Positions 1 through 8,845 of a stretch of 64,000 nucleotides of DNA are shown here, piece by piece. Both the position numbers and the translations under genes were made by a program. The notes under the pieces were generated by a model. That model was not told where the DNA came from. It searched no databases and saw nothing but the letters and a program-made list of their open reading frames with translations. Every line of letters starts with the position of its first letter. Position 1 is the stretch's first letter. Origin of the DNA: an uncultured Actinomycetota bacterium (GTDB lineage: Bacteria; Actinomycetota; Thermoleophilia; Gaiellales; F1-60-MAGs149); assembly GCA_963767885.1 (NCBI GenBank), contig CAVYFW010000006.1:156172-220171 (forward strand), given 5' to 3'.

Positions 1-1104
1 TCGGCGCGCTTCAACCGGGCCTCGGCGCTCCGCAACCTCGGCGAGCCGCAGGCGGCGCTCGACGGGTTCCTCGCCGTCGCCCCGACGTTCGACGACCAGG
101 CGATCTACCACGCGAACCTGGGCCGTGCGCACGAGGATCTCGGCCACGACGCGCAGGCCGTCGCGGCGTACCGCCGCACGCTCGAGCTCGACCCCGGCAA
201 CGCCTTCGCGCTCAACCGCCTCGTCGCCCTCGGGCAGCTCGTGGTGGCCGCCGGCGAGCAGGGCGAGCCGGTCTACGTCGAGCGCACGGACTTCGAGGAG
301 GCCGTTCGCACCGACCTGGCCCAGAACGACGAGAACCCGGCATACCTCGCGAACGCGGCGAACGTGCTGCTCGACCAGGGGCACGCCGACCTGGCGCGCG
401 CCGCCGCCCAGCTCGCGCTCGCCGCCGACCCGGGCCGCGAGGAGGCGCACCTCGTGCTGGGGACGGCGCTGACGCGGCTCGGCGACCCCGAGGCCGGGCT
501 GCGCGAGCTCGACGGCCACGTCGAGCGCGTGCCGGCGTCGGCGGTCGGCCACACGCAACGCGCCCACGCCCTGTACCTCGCGGGCCGTCGCGACGAGGCC
601 CGTGCGGCGGCGCAGCGCGCGCTCCAGCTCGACCCGGGCTCGGTGACCGCGGCCCAGGTGGCGGTGGCCGGCGACGACGGCCCGCGCGCCGCGCTCGCGC
701 GGGCCATCGCGCTCGCCGGCGAGCTGCCGCGGGCCTGGGCCGTCTGGCGCGTGGCGGGCGACCTCGCCCTCGCGGACGACGATCCCGAGGCGGCGGTCGA
801 GCACTTCGAGCGCGCCATCGAGGGCGGGGCCGACGACGCGACCATCGGCGCGATCCTCGGCGAGCTCGGCCAGCGCGGGCGCATCGACGACGTCTGCCGG
901 CTGGCCGACGGCATCCCGCGCCTCGCCACCCGCGACCCCGGACTGCGCTGGAACGCCGCCTCGGCGCTGGAGCAGGCCGGCCGGCACGACGAGGCGCGCA
1001 TCGTCTTCGCGTCGATCGCCCATGACGCCCGCATCCCCGACGACCTGCGCCAGGCGGCGAGCCAGCGCGCGGCCTCGCTCGGGCGGGGCGGCGGCGGCTC
1101 GTGA
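1..1104 (+). CDS. TPR-repeat protein (5' end outside window)
   Basis: Frame 1 is open from base 1 (SARFNRASALRNLGEPQAALDGF...) and runs into listed ORF 241..1104. It contains repeated Ala/Leu-rich helix pairs such as AHLVLGTALTRLGDPEAGLRELDGHV and AHALYLAGRRDEARAAAQRALQLDP. Stop at 1102-1104. Confidence 0.7.
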   Translation, partial: SARFNRASALRNLGEPQAALDGFLAVAPTFDDQAIYHANLGRAHEDLGHDAQAVAAYRRTLELDPGNAFALNRLVALGQLVVAAGEQGEPVYVERTDFEEAVRTDLAQNDENPAYLANAANVLLDQGHADLARAAAQLALAADPGREEAHLVLGTALTRLGDPEAGLRELDGHVERVPASAVGHTQRAHALYLAGRRDEARAAAQRALQLDPGSVTAAQVAVAGDDGPRAALARAIALAGELPRAWAVWRVAGDLALADDDPEAAVEHFERAIEGGADDATIGAILGELGQRGRIDDVCRLADGIPRLATRDPGLRWNAASALEQAGRHDEARIVFASIAHDARIPDDLRQAASQRAASLGRGGGGS

Positions 1105-1205
1105 GGACCTCGAACCGCGCTTGTATACTTCCGCTCAGGTGATATCCGCCTGACCGACGACGGCGACAGTACCAGGGTCGCCACCTCGCGGATCGCGTCC
1201 CAACG

Positions 1206-2579
1206 GTGGAGGCGCGAGCCGCGGTGAGCACGACGACCGCGATCGGGCTCGCAGCGATCGCGCTGATCATCGCGTGGAACGCGTTCTTCGTTGCTGCGGA
1301 GTACGCGTTCGTCGCTGCGCGCCGGACGCGCCTGCGCGAGCTCGCCGACGAGGGCTCCCGCCCGGCGCTCCGCGTGCTCGCGGTGATGGCCGACCCCACG
1401 CGGTTCATCGCCGCGATCCAGGTCGCGATCACCCTGTCCTCGCTGGCCCTCGGCGCCATCGGGCAGCCGGCGATCTCGCACCTGCTGGAGTCCGTCCTCG
1501 GCCCGGCCGACTCGTCCCTGGGCGAGAGCGTGACCTTCGCGATCTCCGTGATCCTCGCGTTCTGCATCATCACGGCGCTGCACGTCGTGCTGGGCGAGAT
1601 CGTCCCCAAGACCTTCACGCTCGTGCGGCCGGAGGCCGTCGCGCTGCGGGTCGCCGGCCCGGTGCGCCTGTTCCTGACCGTGTTCGGCCCCTTCATCTGG
1701 GCCCTGCGCGGCCTGGCCGGGCTGACGACGCGCGCGCTCGGGCTGCCCGAGGCCTCGGAGGGGCGGCTCGCGCACTCCGAGGAGGAGCTGAAGATGCTCG
1801 TCTCGGCCTCGCACGAGGAGGGCGTGCTCGAGGCGGGCGAGCAGGAGATGCTGCACAAGGTCTTCGACTTCGCCGAGACGCAGGTCGATGACGTGATGGT
1901 GCCGCGCCCCGACGTCGTGGCCCTGCCCGTCACGCTCACGCCGGCCGAGGCGGTGGCCCGCGTGCTCGAGCACCCGTACACCCGCTACCCCGTGTACGAG
2001 GGGGACATCGACGACGTGTGCGGCGTGCTGCACCTGCGGCGGCTGTTCGACGCCATGCAGAACGGCGCCCGCAACGCCCCCGACCTGCGCGGCCTCGTGC
2101 GGCCGGCGTACTTCGTGCCGGAGACGAAGAAGCTCGGCAACCTGCTCGGCGAGTTCCAGCGCACGAACACGCACCTCGCCGTGGTGGTCGACGAGTACGG
2201 CTCGACCGCGGGCATCGTCACGCTCGAGGACCTGCTGGAGGAGATCGTCGGGGAGATCGCCGACGAGTTCGACCTGCCGGACCGCTCGATCCTGCGCCTG
2301 GGCAAGGACCGCGTGCGCGTCGAGGGCTCGTACCCCATCGAGGAGTTCAACGAGCGCTTCGGCCGGCACCTGCCGGAGGAGGACTACAACAGCCTCGGCG
2401 GCTTCGTCTTCGGCGAGCTCGGCCGCGCCGCGGAGCCGGGCGACCGCGTGCGCTACGACGGCTGCACGTTCCGCGTGCACGCCACCGACGGGCCGCGCAT
2501 CCTCTCCGTCGACGTCGAGCTCACGGGCCGCCAAGCCGACGACGCGCCGGGCGAGCCGGGCAGCGTCTCCACCGAGTAG
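1206..2579 (+). CDS. CNNM/DUF21-CBS-CorC_HlyC family protein (hemolysin/TlyC/CorC-like)
   Basis: Intact 457-aa ORF with a GTG start. It has an N-terminal membrane domain (AWNAFFVAAEYAFVAARRTRLRELA), a CBS pair (DDVMVPRPDVVALPV; VVVDEYGSTAGIVTLEDLLEEIVGEI) and a C-terminal CorC_HlyC-like region. Confidence 0.85.
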   Translation: MEARAAVSTTTAIGLAAIALIIAWNAFFVAAEYAFVAARRTRLRELADEGSRPALRVLAVMADPTRFIAAIQVAITLSSLALGAIGQPAISHLLESVLGPADSSLGESVTFAISVILAFCIITALHVVLGEIVPKTFTLVRPEAVALRVAGPVRLFLTVFGPFIWALRGLAGLTTRALGLPEASEGRLAHSEEELKMLVSASHEEGVLEAGEQEMLHKVFDFAETQVDDVMVPRPDVVALPVTLTPAEAVARVLEHPYTRYPVYEGDIDDVCGVLHLRRLFDAMQNGARNAPDLRGLVRPAYFVPETKKLGNLLGEFQRTNTHLAVVVDEYGSTAGIVTLEDLLEEIVGEIADEFDLPDRSILRLGKDRVRVEGSYPIEEFNERFGRHLPEEDYNSLGGFVFGELGRAAEPGDRVRYDGCTFRVHATDGPRILSVDVELTGRQADDAPGEPGSVSTE

Positions 2580-2582
2580 CCC

Positions 2583-4406
2583 GTGCGGGCGTACCAGCGC
2601 GAGGTCGCCGCGTCCGTCGAGCGCCTGCGGGACGGTGGCGGCCGCGGAGCCGGTGGCCGCCGTGCTGGCAGGCGTCGCGCGCGCCATCGCGGGCGCGCAC
2701 GGCGTCGAGGAGGGCGCCGAGGCGCTGCCGCTCCTGCGCCGCGCCGCGCCGGCCGAGGTGCCGCCGCCGCCGCCGGGCCCTGGCTCGTCCGGACCTGCTC
2801 GGCGAGCTGCACGAGCTGCTGCTGGCGCCCGAGGGCCGCCGCCGCGCCGGGGCGCACTACACGCCGGCCGCGATCGCCGACGGCATCGTCGCCCGCGCGC
2901 TCGACGGCCTGGACCGGCGCGCGCCGGCGATCTGCGATCCGGCCGTCGGCGGCGGCGCGTTCCTGCTGGCGGCGGCGCGGCGGCTGACGGCCGAGGGCGT
3001 GCCGATGGAGACGGCGGTGGCCGGGCTCCACGGCGTCGACCAGGACGGCCTGGCGGTGGACGTCGCCGGCACCGCGCTCGGCCTGCTGGCGCTGACGCAC
3101 GGCGCCGCGGCGCGGCCGCAGCTGCGGGTCGCCGATGCCCTCGCCCTGCGCGGGCCAGACGAGCTCGGCGTCGCGGGCGGCTTCGACGCGGTGCTCGGCA
3201 ACCCGCCGTTCCTGGGCCAGCTCGCGCGGGCGACGGCGCGCTCGGCGGCGGCTCGCGCGGCGCTGCGCGAGCGCTTCGGCGCCGCGGCCGGCGGCTACGC
3301 CGACGCCGCGCTGCTGTTCGTGCTGCTCGGCCTCGACCTGGTGCGGCCGGGCGGGCGCGTGGCGCTGATCGTCCCGGAGTCGGTGCTGGCCGCGCGCGAC
3401 GCGGGGACCGGCCGCGCGGCGATCGCCGCCCGGGCGTGGCCACGCTGGCTGTGGCGCGACGGCGGCCGGGCCTTCGCGGCCAACGTGCGGACGTGCGCGC
3501 TGGTGTGGGAGCGGGGCGCAGGGCCGGCGGGCCCGTCGACGCTGCCGCGATCGACCGGCCCCGACCTGACCGAGGCGCCTGCGCTCGCGCTGCCGGTCGA
3601 CGCGCTGGCCGGCGGCGCCAGCTGGGGCTGGCTCGTGGCCGACCTGTTCGGCGGGCCGCCCGTCGATCTCAATCTCGACTATAGCTTGACGCTTGACGCG
3701 TACGCTACGGCGACCGCCGACTTCCGCGACCAGTACTACGGCCTGGCGCCGTACGTCGCCGACGGCCTGCCCGCGTCCTGCCCCAAGCTGGTCACGGTGG
3801 GGATGCTCGATCCGGCGCGCTGCCGCTGGGGCCGGCGGCCGGTGCGCTTCGCCCGGCAGCGCTACGAGCGTCCCGCGGGTCGATCTGGAGCGCCTGAGCG
3901 CGGCCGGCGGCGCGCTGGCCGGCTGGGCCGAGCAGCGCCTGGTGCCGAAGGTGCGTGCTCGCGACGCAGACGCGGGTGCTCGAGCCGGCCGTGGACGAGC
4001 GCGGCGCGTGGCTCCCGTCCGTGCCGGCGATCACCGTGCGTGCCGCGCGCGGACCGGCTGTGGCACGTCGCGGCAGCGCTCGCCTCGCCGGTCGCCGCGG
4101 CCTGGGCGCTGCGCGAGACGGCGGGGACGGCGCTCGGCGCGAGCGCGATCAAGCTCGGCGCCCGCCACGTCCGCGCGCTGCCCGGCGCCGGCCGAGGGCG
4201 TCGCGTGGGACGAGGCGGCGGCCGCCTTCCGCACGGCGAGCGCGGCGGACGGCCGGGTCGCGTGGGCGGCGGCGCTGCGCCGGTCGGCCGAGGCGAGCTG
4301 CCGGGCCTACGGGCTCGGCGGGCGCAAGGCGGACGCGCTCGTCGCGTGGTGGGAGCGAGCGGCTGCCGCGCTGGCCGGCCGCACGCTAGCGCACGTAGTG
4401 CGCTAA
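2583..4406 (+). pseudogene. N6-adenine DNA methyltransferase (Eco57I/TaqI-like with TaqI_C-type recognition region); frame broken about 6 times as given
   Basis: Frame 2 carries HYTPAAIADGIV, motif I DPAVGGGAFLLAAA and motif IV GFDAVLGNPPFLGQ without interruption from about 2780 to 3870. The N-terminus (VRAYQREVAASVERL, then AAAEPVAAVLAGVARAIAG) and the C-terminus can only be read by stepping +1 frame near 2630, 2770, 3870, 3950, 4050 and 4180. The C-terminal pieces are RVDLERLSAAGGALAGWAEQRLVPKV / LLATQTRVLEPAVDERGAWLPSVPAITVRAA / RADRLWHVAAALASPVAAAWALRETAG... / APAEGVAWDEAAAAF...LAHVVR. Stop TAA at 4404-4406. No endonuclease gene is visible. Confidence 0.75.
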
Positions 4407-4407
4407 C

Positions 4408-5145
4408 ATGCGGTACATGGGCACGATCTCCGACGTCCTCGCGGCTCACGGGCTCCGCGACGAGGAGCCGTGGATCGCCGAGCTCCTCGATGAGTACCTC
4501 CGAGAGCGTTGGTCGCGCGCATCCGTCGGACTACCGGCGGCGGACCGCGCGCTGCTGGAGGCCGGCGGCCTGGCGTTCGGCGAGACGCCGCCCGAGCTGA
4601 CGGATCGTGAGCGCGAAATCCTGCGGCTCCTGGCAGACGGGCGCGCCGCGCAGGACGTCGCGGATCTCGTCGGCGTGGAGCAGGCATCGCTAGCCGCCTG
4701 CATGCGTTCCACGCTCCAACTCGTGAGCGCCTTCAGCTGGGGTGAGGCTCGTCCGCCGCAGCCAGCGTCGACTGCGGCCTTCCTCCGTCTGGTCGCGGAC
4801 AGCCTCACTGCGAACGAGGTTGCAGTGCGCCTCGGCGTCGACGTCAGCCGGGTCCGCCATCGCATCGCGGACCGGCAGCTCTACGCGATGCGCAAGGGCG
4901 GAGGCGTCAGGATCCCGATGTTCCAGTTCGGGGCCGACGGCAAGCCATTGCCCGGACTGGCCCTCGTGCTCGCCGCGATTCCGCGAGACGCCCATCCGCT
5001 GAGCGTTGCGGGCTTCTTCGAGACGACGCAGCCGGAGCTGGTGGACGAAGCCGACGTTCCCATGACGCCCGTCCAGTGGCTGGATGCAGGCGGTGATCCG
5101 ACGCTCGCGGTTGACCTTGCCGCCGGCGCATTCGGCGACGTCTAG
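4408..5145 (+). CDS. Xre/MbcA/ParS-type antitoxin with HTH domains (partner of RES toxin)
   Basis: 245-aa ORF starting 1 nt after the methyltransferase stop. It has a LuxR-like HTH (LTDREREILRLLADGRAAQDVADLVGV), an excisionase-like HTH (LTANEVAVRLGVDVSRVRHRIADRQLYAMRKGGGVRIP) and a DUF2384-like C-terminal tail (PLSVAGFFETTQPELVDEADVPMTPVQWLDAGGDP). Stop TAG at 5143-5145. An alternative ATG lies at 4417. Confidence 0.75.
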   Translation: MRYMGTISDVLAAHGLRDEEPWIAELLDEYLRERWSRASVGLPAADRALLEAGGLAFGETPPELTDREREILRLLADGRAAQDVADLVGVEQASLAACMRSTLQLVSAFSWGEARPPQPASTAAFLRLVADSLTANEVAVRLGVDVSRVRHRIADRQLYAMRKGGGVRIPMFQFGADGKPLPGLALVLAAIPRDAHPLSVAGFFETTQPELVDEADVPMTPVQWLDAGGDPTLAVDLAAGAFGDV

Positions 5146-5146
5146 C

Positions 5147-5782
5147 GTGGCGAAGCTACCGCTCGCGCCCGACCCGGCGGCACTACGAGACGTCGGGATC
5201 CGGCCGAGCGAGATGTTGGTGGTGGCTCCCGATCAGGTTCTCTGGCGCGTGCATCGGAGCACCGGGGCGCACGCCTTACCGTGGAACGCATTCCGACACT
5301 ACGGGCCGCTGGTGACTGGGCGCTTCGATCCGCACGAGCCGCCGCCGTCCATGCAGGCCGCCGGCGTGATCTACCTCGGTGAACGCGTGCAGACCTGCGT
5401 CGCCGAGGTCTTCCAGGGAACGCGCCGTGTCGACCCGCCCCAGGGTTCGCCCTACCTCGTCGCGCTCGAGCTAACCCGCGACGTGGAGCTCCTCGATCTC
5501 CGGGGGACTTGGCCGACGCGTGCGGGTGCGAGCCAGGCGATCGCTTCCGGGCCTCGACCGCGAGCGCAGACCTGGGCGCGCGCGATCCGTGCGGCGTTCC
5601 CTCACGTCGACGGCGTCGCCTATCCGTCGAGCATGGACGGTGGACGCCTCGCGATCGCGCTCTTCGATCGGGCACGCGACGGGCTCCCGAGCGATCCACG
5701 CGGGAGCTGGCCGCTCGACCATCCCGAGCTGATCTTGCCGCTCCAGAAGGCCGCCGACGAGCTCGGCTACCTGCTCGTCTGA
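5147..5782 (+). CDS. RES-domain toxin (MbcT/ParT-like NAD-utilising toxin family)
   Basis: GTG at 5147, 1 nt after the antitoxin stop, in frame with listed ORF 5084..5782. The R-E-S signature positions are plausible in GRFDP, YLGERVQTCVAEVF and VAYPSSMDG. Size (about 211 aa) and position downstream of an Xre-type gene fit RES-Xre modules. Confidence 0.75.
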   Translation: MAKLPLAPDPAALRDVGIRPSEMLVVAPDQVLWRVHRSTGAHALPWNAFRHYGPLVTGRFDPHEPPPSMQAAGVIYLGERVQTCVAEVFQGTRRVDPPQGSPYLVALELTRDVELLDLRGTWPTRAGASQAIASGPRPRAQTWARAIRAAFPHVDGVAYPSSMDGGRLAIALFDRARDGLPSDPRGSWPLDHPELILPLQKAADELGYLLV

Positions 5783-5786
5783 CGGC

Positions 5787-6143
5787 CTACGCCTGCACGA
5801 GCACGCGGCCGTCGTCGACCCGCACCGGGTACGTCGCCACGCGCATGCGGCCGTCGTCGATGCAGCGGCCGCTCGCGAGGTCGAACTCCCAGCCGTGCCA
5901 CGGGCAGGCCAGCACGCGCCGCTCGCCGAGCGCGTACCCGCCCGGCGTGCCCTCCAGCCGTGTCCGCAGCGTGCCCCTGCAGAGCGGTGCGCCGTGGTGC
6001 GGGCAGCGGTTGCGGACGGCGTGCACGTCGCCGGTCACGGGGTCGGCGAGCACGCCGATCTCGCGGCCGCCGATGCGTACGACGACCCGGCCGGCGCCGC
6101 GGAGCTCGTCGAGGGCGCCGACGTCGTGCCAGTCGCCGCTCAC
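5787..6143 (-). CDS. Rieske (2Fe-2S) domain protein
   Basis: The last 118 codons of listed ORF 5787..7094 start at GTG (VSGDWHDVGALDEL...). The Rieske ligand motifs CPHHGAPLC and CPWHGWEF are present. The start overlaps the upstream stop as GTGA at 6140-6143. Confidence 0.85.
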   Translation of the reverse strand: MSGDWHDVGALDELRGAGRVVVRIGGREIGVLADPVTGDVHAVRNRCPHHGAPLCRGTLRTRLEGTPGGYALGERRVLACPWHGWEFDLASGRCIDDGRMRVATYPVRVDDGRVLVQA

Positions 6144-7216
6144 GCCGGGACGGCCCCCAGCCGGGCGCCGTAGAAGGCGGCGGCGTTGTCGTGGAGGACG
6201 GCCGTGCGCCAGCTCTCGGGCAGGCGGCGCAGCAGCTGGCCGGGCTCGTCGTAGTCCCAGTGCGGGTAGTCGGACGCGTAGCAGAGGATGTCCGGCGCGC
6301 CCGCCGCGGCGAGCATCTGCGCGAGCAGGTCGTCGTGCCCGTCCGTGTGCTCTAGCGGCTGGGTCGTGAAGCGCACGTGGCGGCGCATCGTCTCGCTCGG
6401 CCGCTCGCGGAGCCACGGCGTCTCCTCCCGCAGGCCGCGCCAGTTCGTGTCGAGGCGCCAGAGGATGCCCGGCAGCCACGCGAGGCCGCCCTCGAGGAGC
6501 AGCACCCGCAGCCCCGGCACGCGCTCGAAGCTGCCGTGGCAGAGAAGGGACACGAGGTGGGCCATGATCGAGCACGCCGAGCCGAGCGTGTGCCACTCGA
6601 CGTAGAACGTCGGCATCCCGGCGCCGCCTGGGGGCGCGGCCAGTCCGAGACCCTCGGCGCCGGAGTGCACGGCGAGCGCCAGATCGAGCTGCGCGCAGGC
6701 CTCGAGCACCGGCAGGTAGCGGGGATCGCCGTACGGCCGCTCGCTGCCGCCGCAGAGCAGGACCTGCACGAAGCGCGGGTCGGCGCCGGCGCGGCGGATC
6801 TCGGCGACGGCCGCGACCGGATCCTGCGCGGGGACGAGGATCGAGCCGCGGAAGCGGGGATCGGCCTCCAGCCACTCCTCGCGCAGCCAGTCGTTGTGCG
6901 CGCGGGCGAACGCCGCCGCGCGGTAGGCGGACGTGATCAGGCTCGTCGCGACGCCGTAGTCGCCGGTCAGGATCGCGACGTCCGCGCCCTGCCCGTCGAG
7001 CACCTCGCGCACGACGTCCGCGACGGTGGAGGCGGGCTCGCCGGCGGGCCCGAGCGCGAGCTCGTCGCGGTACCACGACCCCGGATGCGTCCACAGGTAC
7101 GGCGCCGTGCCGAGCAGCGGGCCCTGGGCGCGGAACCAGTCTCGCTGGCCCGCGTCGACGCGCGCCAGGAAGCCCTCGCGGTCGCCGATCTCGATGTGCA
7201 CGTCGCAGTCGATCAT
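6140..7216 (-). CDS. amidohydrolase_2 (ACMSD-like) family metal-dependent hydrolase
   Basis: Intact 358-aa ORF (MIDCDVHIEIGD...ASDYPHWDYDEPGQ...). It is translationally coupled to the Rieske gene. Confidence 0.8.
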   Translation of the reverse strand: MIDCDVHIEIGDREGFLARVDAGQRDWFRAQGPLLGTAPYLWTHPGSWYRDELALGPAGEPASTVADVVREVLDGQGADVAILTGDYGVATSLITSAYRAAAFARAHNDWLREEWLEADPRFRGSILVPAQDPVAAVAEIRRAGADPRFVQVLLCGGSERPYGDPRYLPVLEACAQLDLALAVHSGAEGLGLAAPPGGAGMPTFYVEWHTLGSACSIMAHLVSLLCHGSFERVPGLRVLLLEGGLAWLPGILWRLDTNWRGLREETPWLRERPSETMRRHVRFTTQPLEHTDGHDDLLAQMLAAAGAPDILCYASDYPHWDYDEPGQLLRRLPESWRTAVLHDNAAAFYGARLGAVPA

Positions 7217-7232
7217 CTCGCTCCGATCCTAA

Positions 7233-7244
7233 CTGACTAGTCAG
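7233..7244. promoter_or_regulatory. perfect 12-bp palindrome CTGACTAGTCAG in a 78-bp intergenic gap
   Basis: Read directly from the sequence. It lies 17 nt upstream of the amidohydrolase ATG (7216, minus strand) and just downstream of the GT4 stop (7295). It also places stop codons in several frames (TAA, TGA, TAG). Its role as operator or terminator is untested. Confidence 0.3.
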
Positions 7245-7294
7245 TCAGGAGCAACCGCGTGCCGATCCTCCCGCGCCGCGCGTGCGGCCGCGGG

Positions 7295-8743
7295 CTACGC
7301 CGCCGGTCGACTGCGCGTCGTCTCGATCGCCGCGTACAGCCGCGCGACGCGGGCGCCGACGCCGGACCACGAATGGCTCGCGCGGGCGTGGCGGCGTGCG
7401 TTCGCGGCACGACGCGAGCGCTCCGCCGCGTCATTCACGGCGACCACGATCGCGTCGGCGAGCGCGGCCTCGTCGTCGGGCTCGACGAGCCAGCCGTCCG
7501 GCTCGCCGGCGACGACGTTGACGAAGCTGGGCGGGCCGCCGCTGCGCGTCCCGATGACCGGCACGCCCGCGGACATGGCCTCGAGGTAGACGAGGCCGAA
7601 GGGCTCGTCCGTCGAGGGCGCGACGAAGCAGTCGGCGCACGCGAGGCCGAGCGGGAGCTCGTCGTGATCGCGCCAACCGGTGAGGAACACGTCCTCCACG
7701 CCGCCCTCCGTCGCGACGGTGTGCGGATGCGCGCCCTCCCACTCTCCAGGCACGCCGCCCCAGATCACGAGCGGCGCCGGCACGGACATGCGCTCCCGCG
7801 CTCGAGCGTAGGCGCGGATCAACAGCGGCACGCGCTTGAAGTCGAGGAAGCGGCCCACGAACAGGAGCACGGGCAACGGCGCTCCCGACGTGCGATCGAA
7901 GAACGCGTCGACCACCTCGCGCTCCCCGTAGCGCACGCTTCCGGGCACGCCGCTCGCCTCGTCCCAGCCGCGCGGCTCGCGGCACAGCCACCGCACCCAG
8001 TGCTCGCGCTTCTCGTCGGCACGCAGCAAGCGGGGCGTGAAGAGGTCCACGTCGACGCCGTTGGCGATGCAGTGCACCGTCGTCGGATCGAGCCCCAGGA
8101 GGCGCACGGCCTCGGCCGCGTCGTGCGGCGAGATGGCGATGGTGCAGACGGCGCGGTGCGCGGCGGCGCGCATGCGGGACGCCCACCAGCGCGCGTGCGG
8201 CCCCATCAGCCCGGGACGGCTGCGGGCGATGCCGTCGAGCATCTTCAGCTCGGTGCCGTGCAGGTGGGTCACGACGGGGATGCCGGGCAGCGCCAGGGCG
8301 GCGGCATCGTGGAGCGGCGTGAGGTGGTGGAGGTGCAGCAGCTTGGCCTGCGAGAGGCGCTCGGAGCGACCGAGCACCGTCGCCCAGGCGGCGCCCATGT
8401 GGGCCGCCTGTCCGGGCGAGACCCACGGGAACGCCCGGTCGGGCACGCCCCGGCGCGCCTCGTAGGACGGGTGCATCGGGAAGGGGGCGTCCATCGGGTC
8501 CGCGCCGTGCGTCCAGCTCTCGACGGCGTCGTCGTAGCGGGCCGGGACGACATCGAGGCCGGCGAATGCGGTCAGGGCGTCGCCGAGGGCGCCGCTCGGC
8601 CCGAGCGACCCGGACGCGAGCGTCACGTCCCACCCCTGCCGTGCGAGCGCGCGCGACAGGTAGCGAGCGACCTTCGCGGAGCCGCCCCGGGGATAGAAGA
8701 ACAGCCCCATGCCGCACCGCTGTCGATTGACGCTCACGAGCAC
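7295..8743 (-). CDS. GT4-family glycosyltransferase
   Basis: Intact ORF. It has an N-terminal MGLFFYPRGGSAKVARYLSRAL and a C-terminal retaining-GT motif region (FVAPSTDEPFGLVYLEAMSAGVPVIGTRSGGP). The start is either GTG 8743 or ATG 8710. Confidence 0.85.
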   Translation of the reverse strand: MLVSVNRQRCGMGLFFYPRGGSAKVARYLSRALARQGWDVTLASGSLGPSGALGDALTAFAGLDVVPARYDDAVESWTHGADPMDAPFPMHPSYEARRGVPDRAFPWVSPGQAAHMGAAWATVLGRSERLSQAKLLHLHHLTPLHDAAALALPGIPVVTHLHGTELKMLDGIARSRPGLMGPHARWWASRMRAAAHRAVCTIAISPHDAAEAVRLLGLDPTTVHCIANGVDVDLFTPRLLRADEKREHWVRWLCREPRGWDEASGVPGSVRYGEREVVDAFFDRTSGAPLPVLLFVGRFLDFKRVPLLIRAYARARERMSVPAPLVIWGGVPGEWEGAHPHTVATEGGVEDVFLTGWRDHDELPLGLACADCFVAPSTDEPFGLVYLEAMSAGVPVIGTRSGGPPSFVNVVAGEPDGWLVEPDDEAALADAIVVAVNDAAERSRRAANARRHARASHSWSGVGARVARLYAAIETTRSRPAA

Positions 8744-8764
8744 CGTCCTTGCTAGCCGACGACA

Positions 8765-8792
8765 ACCGGACCATCACCGGATCGCAACCGGA
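8765..8792. promoter_or_regulatory. three direct ACCGGA repeats with 11-bp phasing in a divergent promoter gap
   Basis: ACCGGA occurs at 8765-8770, 8776-8781 and 8787-8792, and the last two copies extend to ACCGGATCG. The repeats lie between the GT4 start (8743, minus) and the DUF218 start (8846, plus). Confidence 0.3.
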
Positions 8793-8845
8793 TCGTCACC
8801 AGCCCGACACCAGGGTACCGCGTCTCGGCCGCGAACCTGCGGAGA

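Noticed and set aside
1105-1205. Riboswitch (M-box or Mn-type) upstream of the CorC/CNNM gene
   Set aside because: The gap is only about 100 nt, with one short hairpin (GGCGAC...GTCGCC). This is far too small for those classes, and I could recognise no conserved cores. A weak promoter-like TTGTAT/GATATC is all I can see.
212-3443. Very long minus-strand ORFs 273..3443 (1056 aa) and 212..1981 (589 aa)
   Set aside because: They lie antisense to the well-supported TPR, CNNM and methyltransferase genes. Their translations are Arg/Ala/Pro/Gly low-complexity strings typical of shadow ORFs in stop-poor high-GC DNA.
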